The notes: generated from the letters alone by a model not told the origin. Counted from the stretch's first letter, positions 30,078-43,069 are shown. The stretch: 64,000 bases of DNA from an uncultured Alphaproteobacteria bacterium (GCA_944390685.1 CALXQL010000005.1:1801-65800), one strand, 5' to 3'. Made by a program: numbers and translations.

Positions 30078-32741
30078 CTAATCAAGTTTTCCATGACAAT
30101 ATTTATATTTTTTACCACTTCCACAAGGACAAGGAGCATTTCTACTAATATCTAAATTAGCATACTTATCAATTTTATTACCATTGAAAGCATCCAATGT
30201 ATCTTGTGAAGTTTTCAAATCTTCATTATCAGGTTCTTCATTTAAACGAGCCACACCTTCACGAGTAAATTCAGTTTTTGATAATGTTTGAATAGTTTTA
30301 TACTTCATTGTCATCATATTTTTTTCAAATGTGATAAAGGCTTCCTTTTTATATTCATTAAGAGGATCTTTTTGCCCATAAGCGCGAAGTCCAATTCCAT
30401 GTTTAATTGAATCAAGAGTTAAAAGATTGTCTTTCCAAATTTGATCTAAAGTTTGAAGCATGACTGATTTTTCAACAAACCTCATGAACTCAACGGAATA
30501 TTTCTCTTCTTGACTTTTCATTTGATTATTGGATAATTCCTTAATTTTTTCAAATATAGTTTGTGGAGAAATTGAAGGATTTTCCTTTACCCAATCACTT
30601 ACATTTGCTTTAATACCTAATGTTTCAAGACATTCAATTTCAAGTCCATTTATATTCCAATCTTCCGGAGATGATGTATGAAGAGGAATTGCTTTATCCA
30701 CAATATCTTCAATAACATCTAAACGAATATCTTCAACATAATTATGCACGTCATCACAAGCCATAAGTTCATAACGTTGAGAATAAACAATTTTTCTTTG
30801 TTCATTCATTACATCATCATATTTCAAAAGATTTTTTCTAATAGAAAAATTATGAGCTTCAACTTTTGTCTGTGCTTTTTCTAATGCTTTTGATACCCAA
30901 GCATGTGTAATAGCTTCACCACGTTTAAGTCCCAATCTTGATAACATAGATTTCATTCTTTCCCCACCAAAGATGCGCATCAAATTATCATCCATAGAAA
31001 GGAAGAACTTAGAAGCACCAGGATCACCTTGACGACCGGTTCTACCACGAAGTTGGTTATCAATACGGCGAGATTCATGTCTTTCTGTTCCAATTACATA
31101 AAGACCACCCGCATTCAAAGCGATTTCTTTTTTCTTTTCAATATCATCTTTAATTTCATCAATTTTTTTCTTGATTAGTTCAACATCTTCCATACCGGCA
31201 GTTTCTTGTTTAATACGCATTTCCAAATTACCGCCAAGTTGGATATCAGTTCCACGACCAGCCATATTTGTTGCAATTGTGATTGCTCCTGGCACACCGG
31301 CTTGAGCGATGATATAAGCTTCTAATTCATGATATTTAGCATTTAATACTTGTGCATGAATACCACTTGCTAATAAACGTCTATTGAGTAATTCAGATTT
31401 TTCAATTGAAATAGTTCCAACTAATACAGGTTGATTTTTTGCATGAAGTTCTTTAATAAGTTTTATAACTGCTTCATATTTTTCTTCTTCGGTAAGATAT
31501 ATTTCATCTTCATAATCAATACGAGCAATAGGAAGATTTGTAGGAACTTCAATACATTTAAGTTTATAAATTTCTTCAAATTCTTGAGCTTCTGTAAGTG
31601 CGGTTCCAGTCATACCAGCAAGTTTTGGATAAAGACGGAAATAATTTTGATAAGTGATACTTGCAAGAGTTTGAGATTCATTTTGCACTTTCACATGTTC
31701 TTTAGCTTCTAATGCTTGATGAAGTCCATCTGAAAATCTTCTACCTTCCATTATACGTCCGGTAAATTCATCAATAATATAAACTTGTCCATCTTTTACA
31801 AGATAATCCACATCTTTTTTATAAAGTTTATGTGCGGTCAAAGCCTTATCCAAATGATGAACAATTGTAGCATTTGAAATATCATAAAGATTTTTTATTC
31901 TTGTAATTTTATGTTCATGAAGGGCATTTTCCACAAATTCCATACCAGCTTCGGTTAATGTTGCATTTCTATCTTTTTCATCTACTTTATAATGTTCTTC
32001 TTTTAATAAAGGAATGATTGTATCAACTTTATTATAAAGATCAGAAGAGTCATCGCTTGGTCCAGAAATGATAAGAGGAGTTCTTGCTTCATCAATTAAA
32101 ATAGAATCCACTTCATCAACAATTGCAAAATTAAAAGGACGTTGAACCAAAGTTTCCAATCTAAATTTCATATTATCGCGAAGATAATCAAAACCAAACT
32201 CATGATTTGTTCCATAGGTAATATCAGCTTTATAAGCTTCTTTTCTTTCTAAATCGTCCATTTCACTTAAAATACAACCACAAGAAAGACCAAGGAAGTT
32301 ATAAAGTTTTCCCATCCAATCGGCATCTCTTTTTGCAAGATAATCATTAACAGTTATAACATGAACACCTTTACCTGTTAATGCATTAAGATAAACAGGC
32401 AATGTCGCAACCAAAGTTTTACCTTCACCTGTTTTCATTTCAGTGATTTTACCATCATGAAGTATCATACCACCAATCAATTGCACATCATAATGTCTTT
32501 GACCTAAAACTCTAACGGATGCTTCTCTTGCTACTGCAAAAGCTTCAACCAAAATATCATCAAGGGTTTCACCTTTTTGAAGTCTATCTTTAAATTCAAA
32601 AGTCTTAGCTTTCAATTCATCATCTGAAAGTTTTTTCATACTTTCTTCTAATGCGTTAATTTTCAAAACTTTTTCTTTATATTTTTTTAGTGCGCGATTA
32701 TTAGCGGTGCCAAAAACTTTTTTAATAACATAATTAAACAT
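30078..32741 (-). CDS. secA: Preprotein translocase SecA
   Basis: EMKTGEGKT, DEVDSILIDEARTP, C-terminal CPCGSGKKYKYCH. Confidence 0.98.
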   Translation of the reverse strand: MFNYVIKKVFGTANNRALKKYKEKVLKINALEESMKKLSDDELKAKTFEFKDRLQKGETLDDILVEAFAVAREASVRVLGQRHYDVQLIGGMILHDGKITEMKTGEGKTLVATLPVYLNALTGKGVHVITVNDYLAKRDADWMGKLYNFLGLSCGCILSEMDDLERKEAYKADITYGTNHEFGFDYLRDNMKFRLETLVQRPFNFAIVDEVDSILIDEARTPLIISGPSDDSSDLYNKVDTIIPLLKEEHYKVDEKDRNATLTEAGMEFVENALHEHKITRIKNLYDISNATIVHHLDKALTAHKLYKKDVDYLVKDGQVYIIDEFTGRIMEGRRFSDGLHQALEAKEHVKVQNESQTLASITYQNYFRLYPKLAGMTGTALTEAQEFEEIYKLKCIEVPTNLPIARIDYEDEIYLTEEEKYEAVIKLIKELHAKNQPVLVGTISIEKSELLNRRLLASGIHAQVLNAKYHELEAYIIAQAGVPGAITIATNMAGRGTDIQLGGNLEMRIKQETAGMEDVELIKKKIDEIKDDIEKKKEIALNAGGLYVIGTERHESRRIDNQLRGRTGRQGDPGASKFFLSMDDNLMRIFGGERMKSMLSRLGLKRGEAITHAWVSKALEKAQTKVEAHNFSIRKNLLKYDDVMNEQRKIVYSQRYELMACDDVHNYVEDIRLDVIEDIVDKAIPLHTSSPEDWNINGLEIECLETLGIKANVSDWVKENPSISPQTIFEKIKELSNNQMKSQEEKYSVEFMRFVEKSVMLQTLDQIWKDNLLTLDSIKHGIGLRAYGQKDPLNEYKKEAFITFEKNMMTMKYKTIQTLSKTEFTREGVARLNEEPDNEDLKTSQDTLDAFNGNKIDKYANLDISRNAPCPCGSGKKYKYCHGKLD

Positions 32742-32875
32742 GATATACCTTTCCTTTTTTATTTATTTTCCAATAGTTTATTATTTTTTATTTCAAAAGG
32801 TCAAGACAAATATAAAAACACTTTCAAAATAAAATAATTAAATTATAATATAAACTATAATATAGGAGCAAAGTT

Positions 32876-33373
32876 TTGGAAAATAAAGATTTAATTCATA
32901 AAAAACAAATAAAATATATGAAATTGGCTATAAATGAGGCAAAAAAAGCATATAATAAAGAAGAAGTTCCTATCGGCTGTATTATAATTGACAAAAATGA
33001 TAATATTTTAGCTAAAACACATAATTTAGTTGAACATAAACATAATGCCACATACCATGCTGAAATATTGGCAATAAATAAGGCTATGAAAAAAACAGGT
33101 GATAAATACTTAATGGATTGTAGTATATTTATAACATTGGAACCTTGTCCTATGTGTGCAATGGCGATTTCTCTTGCAAAAATATCAAATATATATATAG
33201 CAGCGGAAGATAAAAAGGGTGGTGCAATCTTAAATGGTATTAAATTATATGAGACAGCAAAAAATTTATATAAACCAAAAATACATGCTTCAATTTTAAA
33301 AATGGAAAGCGAAATACTTTTAAAAAATTTTTTCAAAAATATACGAAATAAAAAAGTAATTGAAAAAGAATAA
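32876..33373 (+). CDS. tadA: tRNA adenosine(34) deaminase
   Basis: EVPIG, HAE, TLEPCPMC. Confidence 0.9.
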   Translation: MENKDLIHKKQIKYMKLAINEAKKAYNKEEVPIGCIIIDKNDNILAKTHNLVEHKHNATYHAEILAINKAMKKTGDKYLMDCSIFITLEPCPMCAMAISLAKISNIYIAAEDKKGGAILNGIKLYETAKNLYKPKIHASILKMESEILLKNFFKNIRNKKVIEKE

Positions 33374-33416
33374 AAACTATTTTATAATTTCATACATAAA
33401 TAAAAGGGGGAAGATT

Positions 33417-34076
33417 ATGAAATTAAAATCTTTATTTGCATTAACACTTATTACATTATCTGCATGTGTATCAAACCAAAATGTTTCATCAACAAATATG
33501 GGAAGTGATTTACCATATACATTTTCACAATTTTCTGATATTCCAATACCAGAAGGTGCCACAATGAATCTTGATAAAACATCAATTTTCGGTCGTGAAA
33601 ATGATTGGTTAGGAAAAATGACATTTTCTGCTCCATATAATGTTGGCGGAGTATTTGATTTTTATATGAGTGAAATGCCAAAATTTGGTTGGAATGAAAT
33701 TACATCTGTAAGAGGAACCAATTCAGTATTGACATATTCAAGAGATTCAAGAGTTGCTTTAATCCAACTTGAACCATCTGTATTTGAAGGAACAAACATT
33801 ACATTCACTATGTCCCCAGAACCAAAAAAGACAAAGAATGTAAAATTTAAACAAGATATGAAAAAAACAGAAACTTCTTCTATGTCAAATTTTAAATTGA
33901 CTCAAAAAGAACCAAAAAATGAAGATGGACTTGATACAATATCCGTAACTCAATCATCAATTTTTGTATCCCCAGATGCACAAAAGGCATCTGCAGGTTC
34001 TTTGGGTTTGGGTGATGCATCAAATGTAAATTATCCATCATCATCAAATGGAGTAGGCAAACCACCAAGATTTTAA
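33417..34076 (+). CDS. Lipoprotein of unknown function (probable start MKLKS at 33417)
   Basis: Lipobox LSAC; RBS aagggggaag; F.DIPIP.G motif. Confidence 0.8.
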   Translation: MKLKSLFALTLITLSACVSNQNVSSTNMGSDLPYTFSQFSDIPIPEGATMNLDKTSIFGRENDWLGKMTFSAPYNVGGVFDFYMSEMPKFGWNEITSVRGTNSVLTYSRDSRVALIQLEPSVFEGTNITFTMSPEPKKTKNVKFKQDMKKTETSSMSNFKLTQKEPKNEDGLDTISVTQSSIFVSPDAQKASAGSLGLGDASNVNYPSSSNGVGKPPRF

Positions 34077-34173
34077 ATTACAAAAATTAATTAATCCTCA
34101 TTAAAAGGGGATTTTTTATTGCAATTTACATAAATTCCTATTATTATATAAAATATTAAGAAAGGAGGACATA

Positions 34174-34836
34174 ATGTCTATGAAAAAAATATCACTATTA
34201 ACTATATGTGCATCATTGATGATAACATCTTGCACATCTGTAAATCCATATACTGGAGAAACTCAAGCAAGTAAAACAGCTGTTGGTGCTGGAATAGGGG
34301 CATTCAGTGGTGCTGCAATAGGAGCATTAACTAGCGGTTCAAAAAATAAAGGAAAACACATGTTAACCGGTGCATTGGCTGGTGCAGCTGTTGGCGGCGG
34401 TATTGGTGTTTATATGGATAAACAAAATGAAGAACTTCGCAAAAGTTTACAAGGAACAGGTGTTAGTGTATCAAAAGTTGGTAATAACATAACATTAAAT
34501 ATGCCAGGCAATATCACCTTTAAAACATCTTCATACGATTTATCACCAAATTTCTTTGATGTATTAAATTCTGTTGCAAAGGTATTAAAGGAATATGATG
34601 AAACAAATATTGAAGTTATAGGTCATACCGATAGTACAGGTTCTCGTGCAACTAATATGACTTTATCATATAATAGAGCAAACGCTGTTGCTAAATATCT
34701 TCAAAATCAAGGTGTGAAAGCATCAAGATTTTCAATAGAAGGTTATGGTCCTGATTATCCAATATCAAGCAATTCTACTTCTGTTGGAAGAGAAAAAAAT
34801 CGTCGTGTTGAATTGAAATTAACACCAAAACAATAA
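34174..34836 (+). CDS. OmpA-family lipoprotein with glycine zipper (YiaD-like)
   Basis: Lipobox ITSC; GAGIGA repeats; GHTDSTG...N..LS..RA; NRRVE. Confidence 0.92.
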   Translation: MSMKKISLLTICASLMITSCTSVNPYTGETQASKTAVGAGIGAFSGAAIGALTSGSKNKGKHMLTGALAGAAVGGGIGVYMDKQNEELRKSLQGTGVSVSKVGNNITLNMPGNITFKTSSYDLSPNFFDVLNSVAKVLKEYDETNIEVIGHTDSTGSRATNMTLSYNRANAVAKYLQNQGVKASRFSIEGYGPDYPISSNSTSVGREKNRRVELKLTPKQ

Positions 34837-34939
34837 TAAAAGAGGAATTAAATTTCCTCTTTTTTATTTGTATTTTTATTAAGTTATAAAAAAGCAAATA
34901 GAATCTTGCAAAATAAAAAGCAAGGTATTATAATCCTAA

Positions 34940-36244
<1,305 letters not shown>

Positions 36245-36305
36245 ATGAATGAAATCAAGCCCAGAATTTTTTCTTGGGCTTGATTGGTAAAAAGGAGAAA
36301 ATATT

Positions 36306-36752
36306 ATGGCTGGATCAATAAATAAAGTAATTTTAGTTGGAAATCTTGGAAGGGATCCTGAAATAAAACATTCACAAGATGGTAATAAAATAGTTACTTT
36401 CAATATTGCAACAAGCGAAACTTGGAAAGATAAAAATGGTGAAAAAAAAGATAGAACTGAATGGCATAGAGTTGTAATTTTCTCACCTGGACTTGCCGAA
36501 GTCGCTGAAAAATACCTAAAAAAAGGTTCAAAAGTATATGTTGAAGGTCAACTTCGTACTCGAAAATGGCAAGATAATTCCGGACAAGATAAATATTCAA
36601 CCGAAATTGTTTTATCAGGTTTCAATGCTTATATGATAATGCTTGATAAATCAAATGGTGGTGATTTTGAACCAAGTGAAGATTCAATGCCAGATTCTGG
36701 TTGGGATAATTCAGAAACATCGGTTGATATTGATGATGAAATACCATTTTAA
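36306..36752 (+). CDS. ssb: Single-stranded DNA-binding protein
   Basis: [15 protein letters not shown]; C-terminal DDEIPF. Confidence 0.97.
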   Translation: MAGSINKVILVGNLGRDPEIKHSQDGNKIVTFNIATSETWKDKNGEKKDRTEWHRVVIFSPGLAEVAEKYLKKGSKVYVEGQLRTRKWQDNSGQDKYSTEIVLSGFNAYMIMLDKSNGGDFEPSEDSMPDSGWDNSETSVDIDDEIPF

Positions 36753-36755
36753 AAT

Positions 36756-36785
36756 AAAAGCAGAGTTTTTAACCTCTGCTTTTTT
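36756..36785. terminator. Bidirectional terminator after ssb
   Basis: aaaagcagag...ctctgctttt. Confidence 0.75.
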
Positions 36786-36975
36786 CTTTTATATTTCCAA
36801 ATAAATTAAGTCTATTTTGTAATTCCGTTTCTAGTATTTTTTGTAACTTTGGATTTCTTTTATCTTTATTTAAATGAGTTTCATAAAATAAAGCTAAAAT
36901 AGATAATTCACTAATACTTTCCTTAACATTATGTAAACTATCAAATTTTTTACCTGCGAATTCATGTTTTTTCAT
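36769..36975 (-). CDS. Small orphan protein (68 aa)
   Basis: RBS aggag; upstream TTGACA-17-TAATAT. Confidence 0.65.
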   Translation of the reverse strand: MKKHEFAGKKFDSLHNVKESISELSILALFYETHLNKDKRNPKLQKILETELQNRLNLFGNIKEKSRG

Positions 36976-37040
36976 AAAAATCTCCTATACAAGCCATAAT
37001 GTCGAAATATATTAAACAAGAATATACACTTTGTCAATAA

Positions 37041-37421
37041 TTATTTAATTTTATCTTTAATATTTAAAATTAATTCACTGCGTAAAGCGGTTCTTAATTT
37101 ACTATCTTCAGTTAAAATATCAATCATATTATTTCCAGATATAACCAAATCAAATGATGAAGTTGCATCATAAATACTCTTAATAATATCCTTTGCAATA
37201 TTAAATATTTGTTCTTGATTTTGTTTTTCAAGTTTATCATCTGCTTCACGAATTAAAAATAAATGAGATCCATTATCATAAAAAAATTTCATTTTAGATT
37301 GAACTTTTTTATAATCCTCATTTTTACCTGTAATATTTATAATTGCATCATATTGCATATTTTCTGGAATACTATTTCCAATCCTTACCATAAAATTATT
37401 AACTAATTTAATATTATTCAT
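37041..37421 (-). CDS. Orphan protein (126 aa)
   Basis: RBS gaggtg; upstream TTGACA-17-TATATT. Confidence 0.7.
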   Translation of the reverse strand: MNNIKLVNNFMVRIGNSIPENMQYDAIINITGKNEDYKKVQSKMKFFYDNGSHLFLIREADDKLEKQNQEQIFNIAKDIIKSIYDATSSFDLVISGNNMIDILTEDSKLRTALRSELILNIKDKIK

Positions 37422-37544
37422 TTTACACCTCTTTATTTATATTTTTTTATAATATAAGACAAAATAAATCAATTGTCAATATTTTTTTATATTGAAATTA
37501 CATTATAATTATTATAATTTATATAAAAATAAAAGGAAGTAAAA

Positions 37545-38069
37545 ATGGATAATTCACAATATATAAATTTAGAAAATGGAAAATATCGTAAAAATGTAGG
37601 TATTATTGTTATAAATAAGAATAAAAAAGTCTTATTTTGCGAACGTAAATTTTTAAAATCTGCAAATGAAAGTGAATATAAATGGCAATTTCCTCAAGGC
37701 GGCATTGATATAAACGAACTTCCAAATCAAACAGCATTAAGAGAACTTTATGAAGAAACCGGTATAAAAAATTGCAAAATTATTTATGAAGATGATAAAT
37801 GGAGAAAATATGATTATCCAAAAGAGCTAATCAATTCAAACTTAAATAAACGTAAATATAAAGATACAAAAGGACAAATTCAAAAATGGTTTATTATTGA
37901 ATTTATTGGACAAGATAACGAAATATCTATCCCATCAGAAGAATTTGTTTCATATAAATGGATTGATTTTGATGAAAACCTTGTAAAGGATATAGTTCCA
38001 TTTAAGCAAGAACTTTATAAAAATTTAATAAATGATATGAAAAAAATATTAAATAATCTTGAAAAATAA
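37545..38069 (+). CDS. rppH: RNA pyrophosphohydrolase (Nudix)
   Basis: YRKNVGI, WQFPQGGID...ALRELYEETG, GQIQKWF, IVPFK. Confidence 0.92.
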   Translation: MDNSQYINLENGKYRKNVGIIVINKNKKVLFCERKFLKSANESEYKWQFPQGGIDINELPNQTALRELYEETGIKNCKIIYEDDKWRKYDYPKELINSNLNKRKYKDTKGQIQKWFIIEFIGQDNEISIPSEEFVSYKWIDFDENLVKDIVPFKQELYKNLINDMKKILNNLEK

Positions 38070-38118
38070 AGAATAAACTCTTATATAAAACAATGTTATA
38101 AACAAAACGGAGGTAAAA

Positions 38119-38409
38119 ATGGAATTAAAACCATTATTTAATAATGTTCTTATTGAAAGAGTTGAAGAAGAAACCATAACAAAAGGGGGTATAATAATCC
38201 CTGATACAGCAAAGGAAAAACCATCACGTGGTAAAGTTTTGGCTGTTGGTGATGGCTTAACACTTGAAAATGGAACAAAACAACCTGTATCTGTAAAGGT
38301 AAACGATATAGTTCTTTTCACAAAATGGGCCGGAAATGAAGTAAAAATTGATGGCAAAGATATGATTATTATGAAAGAAACTGATATTCTAGGAATAATT
38401 AAAGAATAG
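38119..38409 (+). CDS. groES: Co-chaperonin GroES
   Basis: LKPL...TKGGIIIPDTAKEKP. Confidence 0.97.
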   Translation: MELKPLFNNVLIERVEEETITKGGIIIPDTAKEKPSRGKVLAVGDGLTLENGTKQPVSVKVNDIVLFTKWAGNEVKIDGKDMIIMKETDILGIIKE

Positions 38410-38418
38410 GAGATTAAA

Positions 38419-40068
38419 ATGACTACAAAAATTATAGAATTCGGTGCAGAAGCAAGAAATAAAATGAAATTGGGTGTTGATACACTTGCCAATGCTGTAA
38501 AAGTAACTCTTGGACCAAAGGGAAGAAATGTTATGATTGATAAATCCTATGGTGCACCAAAAATTACAAAAGATGGAGTTTCCGTTGCAAAGGAAGTAAC
38601 AGATTTAAAGGATCCATTTGAAAATATGGGTGCAAAGGCTGTAAAAGAAGTTGCTTCAAAGGCGGCAACTGATGCAGGTGATGGAACAACAACTGCAACT
38701 GTATTAACTCAAGCAATTTTTTCTGAAGGTGTAAAAATGGTTGCAGCAGGAATGAATCCAATGGATTTAAAAAGAGGTATTGATAAAGCTGTTGAAGCTG
38801 TAGTCGCAGATATCTCAGGCCGTTCCAAAAAAGTTTCAAAAGATGAAGAAATTGCACAAGTTGCAACAATTTCTGCAAATGGCGATAAAGAAATTGGTGA
38901 AAAAATCGCTTTTGCAATGGAAAAAGTTGGAAAAGAAGGTGTTATCACTGTTGAAGAAGCAAAAGGTATGGAAACCGAAGTTGAAGTTGTGGATGGTATG
39001 CAATTTGATAGAGGATACCTCTCACCATATTTTGTGACAAATGCTGAAAAAATGAATTGTGAATATGATAATCCACTTATCTTAATAACAGAAGGTAAAA
39101 TATCAAACTTACAACCAATTTTACCAATTCTTGAAAATGTGGCACAAAGTGCACGTCCTTTACTTATCATTGCAGAAGATGTTGAAGGTGAAGCACTTGC
39201 AACTTTGGTTGTAAATCGTATAAGAGCAGGGTTAAAAATTGTTGCTGTAAAAGCTCCTGGCTTTGGAGATAGAAGAAAGGAAATGTTAAAGGATATAGCA
39301 ATTTTAACATCTTCAACAGTTGTTTCCGAAGATTTGGGAATGAAACTTGAAAATATCACACCAGATATGCTTGGAACAGCAAAGAAAATTGTTGTTGATA
39401 AAGAAAACACAATAATTGTTGATGGTGCTGGTGATAAAACAGAAATAGAAGGAAGATGTGCTGAAATTAAAAATGCAATTGAAAACACCACATCTGAATA
39501 TGATAAAGAAAAACTTCAAGAAAGACTTGCTCGCTTAGCAGGTGGAGTTGCTGTAATAAAAATAGGCGGTTCATCTGAAATAGAAGTGAAAGAGAAAAAA
39601 GATCGTGTTGATGATGCATTGGCTGCAACACGTGCTGCGGTGGAAGAGGGTATAGTAGCCGGTGGTGGTATTGCATTACTTAGATCAATTCATGCGTTAG
39701 ATGATATTAAAACAACTAACGAAGATCAAAAAGCAGGTGTTAATATAATTAAAAAAGCACTTGAAGCTCCAATTCGTCAAATTTTATCAAATGCTGGTGT
39801 TGATGGAGCAGTGATTGTTGGAAAAATTCTTGAAAACAAAGATACAAATTATGGATATGATGCTTCAAAAGATGAATATACAGATATGTTAAAATCTGGA
39901 ATCATAGATCCAACAAAAGTTGTTCGTTGTGCACTTCAAGATGCAAGTTCAGTATCTGGACTATTGCTAACAACTGAAACAATGATTGCCGAAGCTCCGG
40001 AAAAAGAGGCACCACAAATGGCCGGAATGGGCGGTGGTATGCCAATGGGCTCAATGGGCGGTTTTTAA
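38419..40068 (+). CDS. groEL: Chaperonin GroEL
   Basis: [27 protein letters not shown]-rich tail. Confidence 0.99.
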   Translation: MTTKIIEFGAEARNKMKLGVDTLANAVKVTLGPKGRNVMIDKSYGAPKITKDGVSVAKEVTDLKDPFENMGAKAVKEVASKAATDAGDGTTTATVLTQAIFSEGVKMVAAGMNPMDLKRGIDKAVEAVVADISGRSKKVSKDEEIAQVATISANGDKEIGEKIAFAMEKVGKEGVITVEEAKGMETEVEVVDGMQFDRGYLSPYFVTNAEKMNCEYDNPLILITEGKISNLQPILPILENVAQSARPLLIIAEDVEGEALATLVVNRIRAGLKIVAVKAPGFGDRRKEMLKDIAILTSSTVVSEDLGMKLENITPDMLGTAKKIVVDKENTIIVDGAGDKTEIEGRCAEIKNAIENTTSEYDKEKLQERLARLAGGVAVIKIGGSSEIEVKEKKDRVDDALAATRAAVEEGIVAGGGIALLRSIHALDDIKTTNEDQKAGVNIIKKALEAPIRQILSNAGVDGAVIVGKILENKDTNYGYDASKDEYTDMLKSGIIDPTKVVRCALQDASSVSGLLLTTETMIAEAPEKEAPQMAGMGGGMPMGSMGGF

Positions 40069-40075
40069 TAAAATA

Positions 40076-40103
40076 AAGGACTTCATTAAGAAGTCCTTTT
40101 TTT
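40076..40103 (+). terminator. groESL terminator
   Basis: aaggacttc-attaa-gaagtcctt followed by a T-run. Confidence 0.8.
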
Positions 40104-40164
40104 ATTGACAAATGTATTTTAATTTTGTATATATAAAATAAATAACTTCATAAAAGGAATAATT

Positions 40165-40662
40165 ATGAAAAAAGTAAAACCTGATATGAATAAAGAAAAT
40201 ATTGAAAATAAAAAAGAGAAAAAAGTTAAAAGAGGTATAAGTTTTGCCACTCCTTCTCTTTTTGTAATGGATAAAGAAGATGAGTTTTCTTTTTTAGCCC
40301 AAAGTGGCAATCTTTCAAACAATATAAATCAAAATGAGATTGATGCATTAAATAATTTTTCAAATGCAATATCCAATCATTCTATTATGTTGTTAAATAC
40401 AAACACAAAGGGAAATGAATATTTTCTATTTTCTGGTTATGATTACAATGATACAATGAAATATATACAGGAAGTTGGATTTTTATATAATGATAATCCA
40501 ATTGCTATACAAGAAGAATTAATTTCAAAGAATACATCATTATTAGATATGCATATGATAAATATTTCCAAAATATTAAATGAAAAAGAATTAGATTATC
40601 AAAATGTAGTCTTTAACAATGAATTATTCACTATTTTTGCTGAGTTTAGTAAAAATAGATAA
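40165..40662 (+). CDS. Orphan protein (165 aa)
   Basis: RBS aagga; upstream TTGACA-17-TATATA. Confidence 0.7.
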   Translation: MKKVKPDMNKENIENKKEKKVKRGISFATPSLFVMDKEDEFSFLAQSGNLSNNINQNEIDALNNFSNAISNHSIMLLNTNTKGNEYFLFSGYDYNDTMKYIQEVGFLYNDNPIAIQEELISKNTSLLDMHMINISKILNEKELDYQNVVFNNELFTIFAEFSKNR

Positions 40663-40665
40663 TGG

Positions 40666-41952
40666 TTAAATTCTTTTTGCAATTACATTAAGATTTTTAT
40701 CAACTTTTACAATTTTCACTTTAACAATTGAATTAGGTTCTATTGCTTCACCATCAATTTTTACAAATATATAATTTTCAGTATATCCTGAATTTTTATC
40801 TTCAACTAAGACATTGAAAACTTTTCCTTTTTGTTTTTTAATAAATTTATATTTTATCTTTTCACCAAGAATGCGAAGTTTTAAAGCCCGTTCTTTTTTA
40901 ATATTTTCAGGTATTTGATTAGGCATACTTCCAGCCTTAGTTCCATTTCTTATTGAATAAGGGAACACATGTAAATGAGAAATTTTACACTTTTTTACTA
41001 AATTATAGGTATTATAAAATTCTTTTTCACTTTCACCTGGAAAGCCAACAATGAAATCCGCACCAATTGCAATATTTTTGTTAACTTTGCGAATTTTTTT
41101 ACAAAGAGTTATTATATCATTTCTATTATGTCTACGTCTCATATCATGCAATACTTTATCATCACCCGATTGAATGGAAAGATGTAAATGAGGCATTAAA
41201 CGTTTATCTAATTTCATCAAACCTAAAATTTGATCATAACTTTTTGCAGGATCCAAAGAAGATAAACGAAGACGTTCCAGCTTTGGAAATTTATCCAATA
41301 TTTTTTTTACAATTGAAAAAAGAGATTTATTTTTACTTTCCACACCATATTCTGCAATATCTACCCCAGTTATAACAATTTCCTTATAACCTTTTTTTAA
41401 GAAACCTTTAACTTGATTTAATATGCTATTTTCGGAAAAACTTTGATTTTTACCACGGGTAAAAGGCACAATACAATAACTGCATCTATTATTACAACCT
41501 TGTTGAATTTGCACAAAAGCCTTAGTTTTCCCATCAAAAGAAAATAAATCATCATTTGAATGTATTTCAATTTGTTCTGGAGGATTTTTCAAAACATCTC
41601 CAACAAAGATGAAAGGAAGATTGTCATTTTTATAATTAGCCATTTTATCATAAAATTCTTGAATCAACTTTTCTCTATTACCTAAAACTGCAAATACATT
41701 GGATTGAGTTTTATAAAAATCAACGGAATTTTGAGCGGAACATCCAGTAATAATTATTTTTGCAGAAGGGGATTCTTTAACTACTTTACGAAAAGTTTGC
41801 CTTGCTTGTCTTTCAGCTTCACTAGTGATTGAACAAGTATGTAAAACTATGACATTATCAATGCCGGCTTTTTCAATTCGTTTTTTAATAATTTCGGATT
41901 CAAAAATATTAAGCCTACAACCGAAAGTGATGATTTTAATATTATTTTTCAT
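40666..41952 (-). CDS. mtaB: tRNA t6A methylthiotransferase MtaB
   Basis: TFGCRLN..ESE; radical SAM motif CNNRCSYC; HVFPYS.R.GT. Confidence 0.92.
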   Translation of the reverse strand: MKNNIKIITFGCRLNIFESEIIKKRIEKAGIDNVIVLHTCSITSEAERQARQTFRKVVKESPSAKIIITGCSAQNSVDFYKTQSNVFAVLGNREKLIQEFYDKMANYKNDNLPFIFVGDVLKNPPEQIEIHSNDDLFSFDGKTKAFVQIQQGCNNRCSYCIVPFTRGKNQSFSENSILNQVKGFLKKGYKEIVITGVDIAEYGVESKNKSLFSIVKKILDKFPKLERLRLSSLDPAKSYDQILGLMKLDKRLMPHLHLSIQSGDDKVLHDMRRRHNRNDIITLCKKIRKVNKNIAIGADFIVGFPGESEKEFYNTYNLVKKCKISHLHVFPYSIRNGTKAGSMPNQIPENIKKERALKLRILGEKIKYKFIKKQKGKVFNVLVEDKNSGYTENYIFVKIDGEAIEPNSIVKVKIVKVDKNLNVIAKRI

Positions 41953-42038
41953 TTTCTACCTTTTACATAAAAAAACACTTGATAAGATTATATATATAGT
42001 GTATAAATTATCAATAGTTTTATTAAAAGGAGTAAAAA

Positions 42039-42401
42039 ATGGCAAGAATAACCGTCCAAGATTGTATGAAAAAAGTAAATGATAGATTTGAATTAGTGGT
42101 CCTTTCCGCACAAAGGGCAAAGGATTTACAAAATGGCACCCCATCATTTGTTGCAAAAGATGATGATAAAAATACGGTTATTGCATTAAGGGAAATAGGT
42201 GAAGATAAATTAAATATTGAACTTCTTCGCGAAAACTTAATTTTAAATTTCCGTCAAACTGCGGAAACAAAGGAAAATAACGATACTAATAGTGATTTGG
42301 AATTTATTGAAAAAGAAATAATGAACGATATTGTTATGGACGCTGAAAGTAGTGAAGGTCTAAATAATGTATCCGAAGATGAACTTAAATCAATAGAGTA
42401 G
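42039..42401 (+). CDS. rpoZ: RNA polymerase omega subunit
   Basis: MARITVQDC...RFELV...DKNTVIALREI. Confidence 0.96.
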   Translation: MARITVQDCMKKVNDRFELVVLSAQRAKDLQNGTPSFVAKDDDKNTVIALREIGEDKLNIELLRENLILNFRQTAETKENNDTNSDLEFIEKEIMNDIVMDAESSEGLNNVSEDELKSIE

Positions 42402-42529
42402 GGTGCACCAAAATAAAATTTAAAAAGGGAGGGTTTTTAAAATCCTCCCTTACTTTTTATAAATATCTTGACTAATTATATTTTTTGTTATAACTTGAAA
42501 CAAGTTTTAATCAAAAAAAGAGGTTTAAT

Positions 42530-43048
42530 ATGAATATTAAATTAAACGGCTTTAAAATTAAAATAATAAATATCAATAGAATGTCTAAAAAAGAAGACTC
42601 TATGGTATTCATGAATAATTTAAATAAACAAACATCTAACAATCCCGAACATTTGACATATTCAAAGGAACGTAAATTGCAACTTGCGTACGATAGTGCC
42701 TATAGTTCCATTTTCTATTCATATCAATATGATCAAAATAAAATTTCTTATATAATTGAAAGAGATATAAGCTTCAATAATTTAGGTGAAAAAGTTTTAA
42801 CCGAAGAAGAAATTGCCAAAGCAATAATCAAAGGAGTTAATGCTGCAACCACCAAATTAAACGAAACATATTTAATTTCACAAAATAAAAAGAAACCTAA
42901 ATTAAGACTTATTGCATATAATATTGATTTAGAAATTGCATTAAGTAGAGAATTGGAAAAAAATATGCCATCAAATTCCAATACCATAAATCAAACAACA
43001 TTAAATTTAAGAAATCTTCTTATTGAGAAATTACAAAAAAGAAAATAA
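42530..43048 (+). CDS. Orphan protein (172 aa)
   Basis: RBS gagg; own promoter after the rpoZ terminator. Confidence 0.7.
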   Translation: MNIKLNGFKIKIININRMSKKEDSMVFMNNLNKQTSNNPEHLTYSKERKLQLAYDSAYSSIFYSYQYDQNKISYIIERDISFNNLGEKVLTEEEIAKAIIKGVNAATTKLNETYLISQNKKKPKLRLIAYNIDLEIALSRELEKNMPSNSNTINQTTLNLRNLLIEKLQKRK

Positions 43049-43069
43049 ATATAAAAAAACGGACTAAAA

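Noticed and set aside
38709-39491. 260-aa antisense ORF inside groEL, and similar ones inside eno, tadA, kdsD, amiC and groES
   Set aside because: Shadow ORFs from the codon bias of highly conserved sense genes; no RBS and no recognisable motifs.
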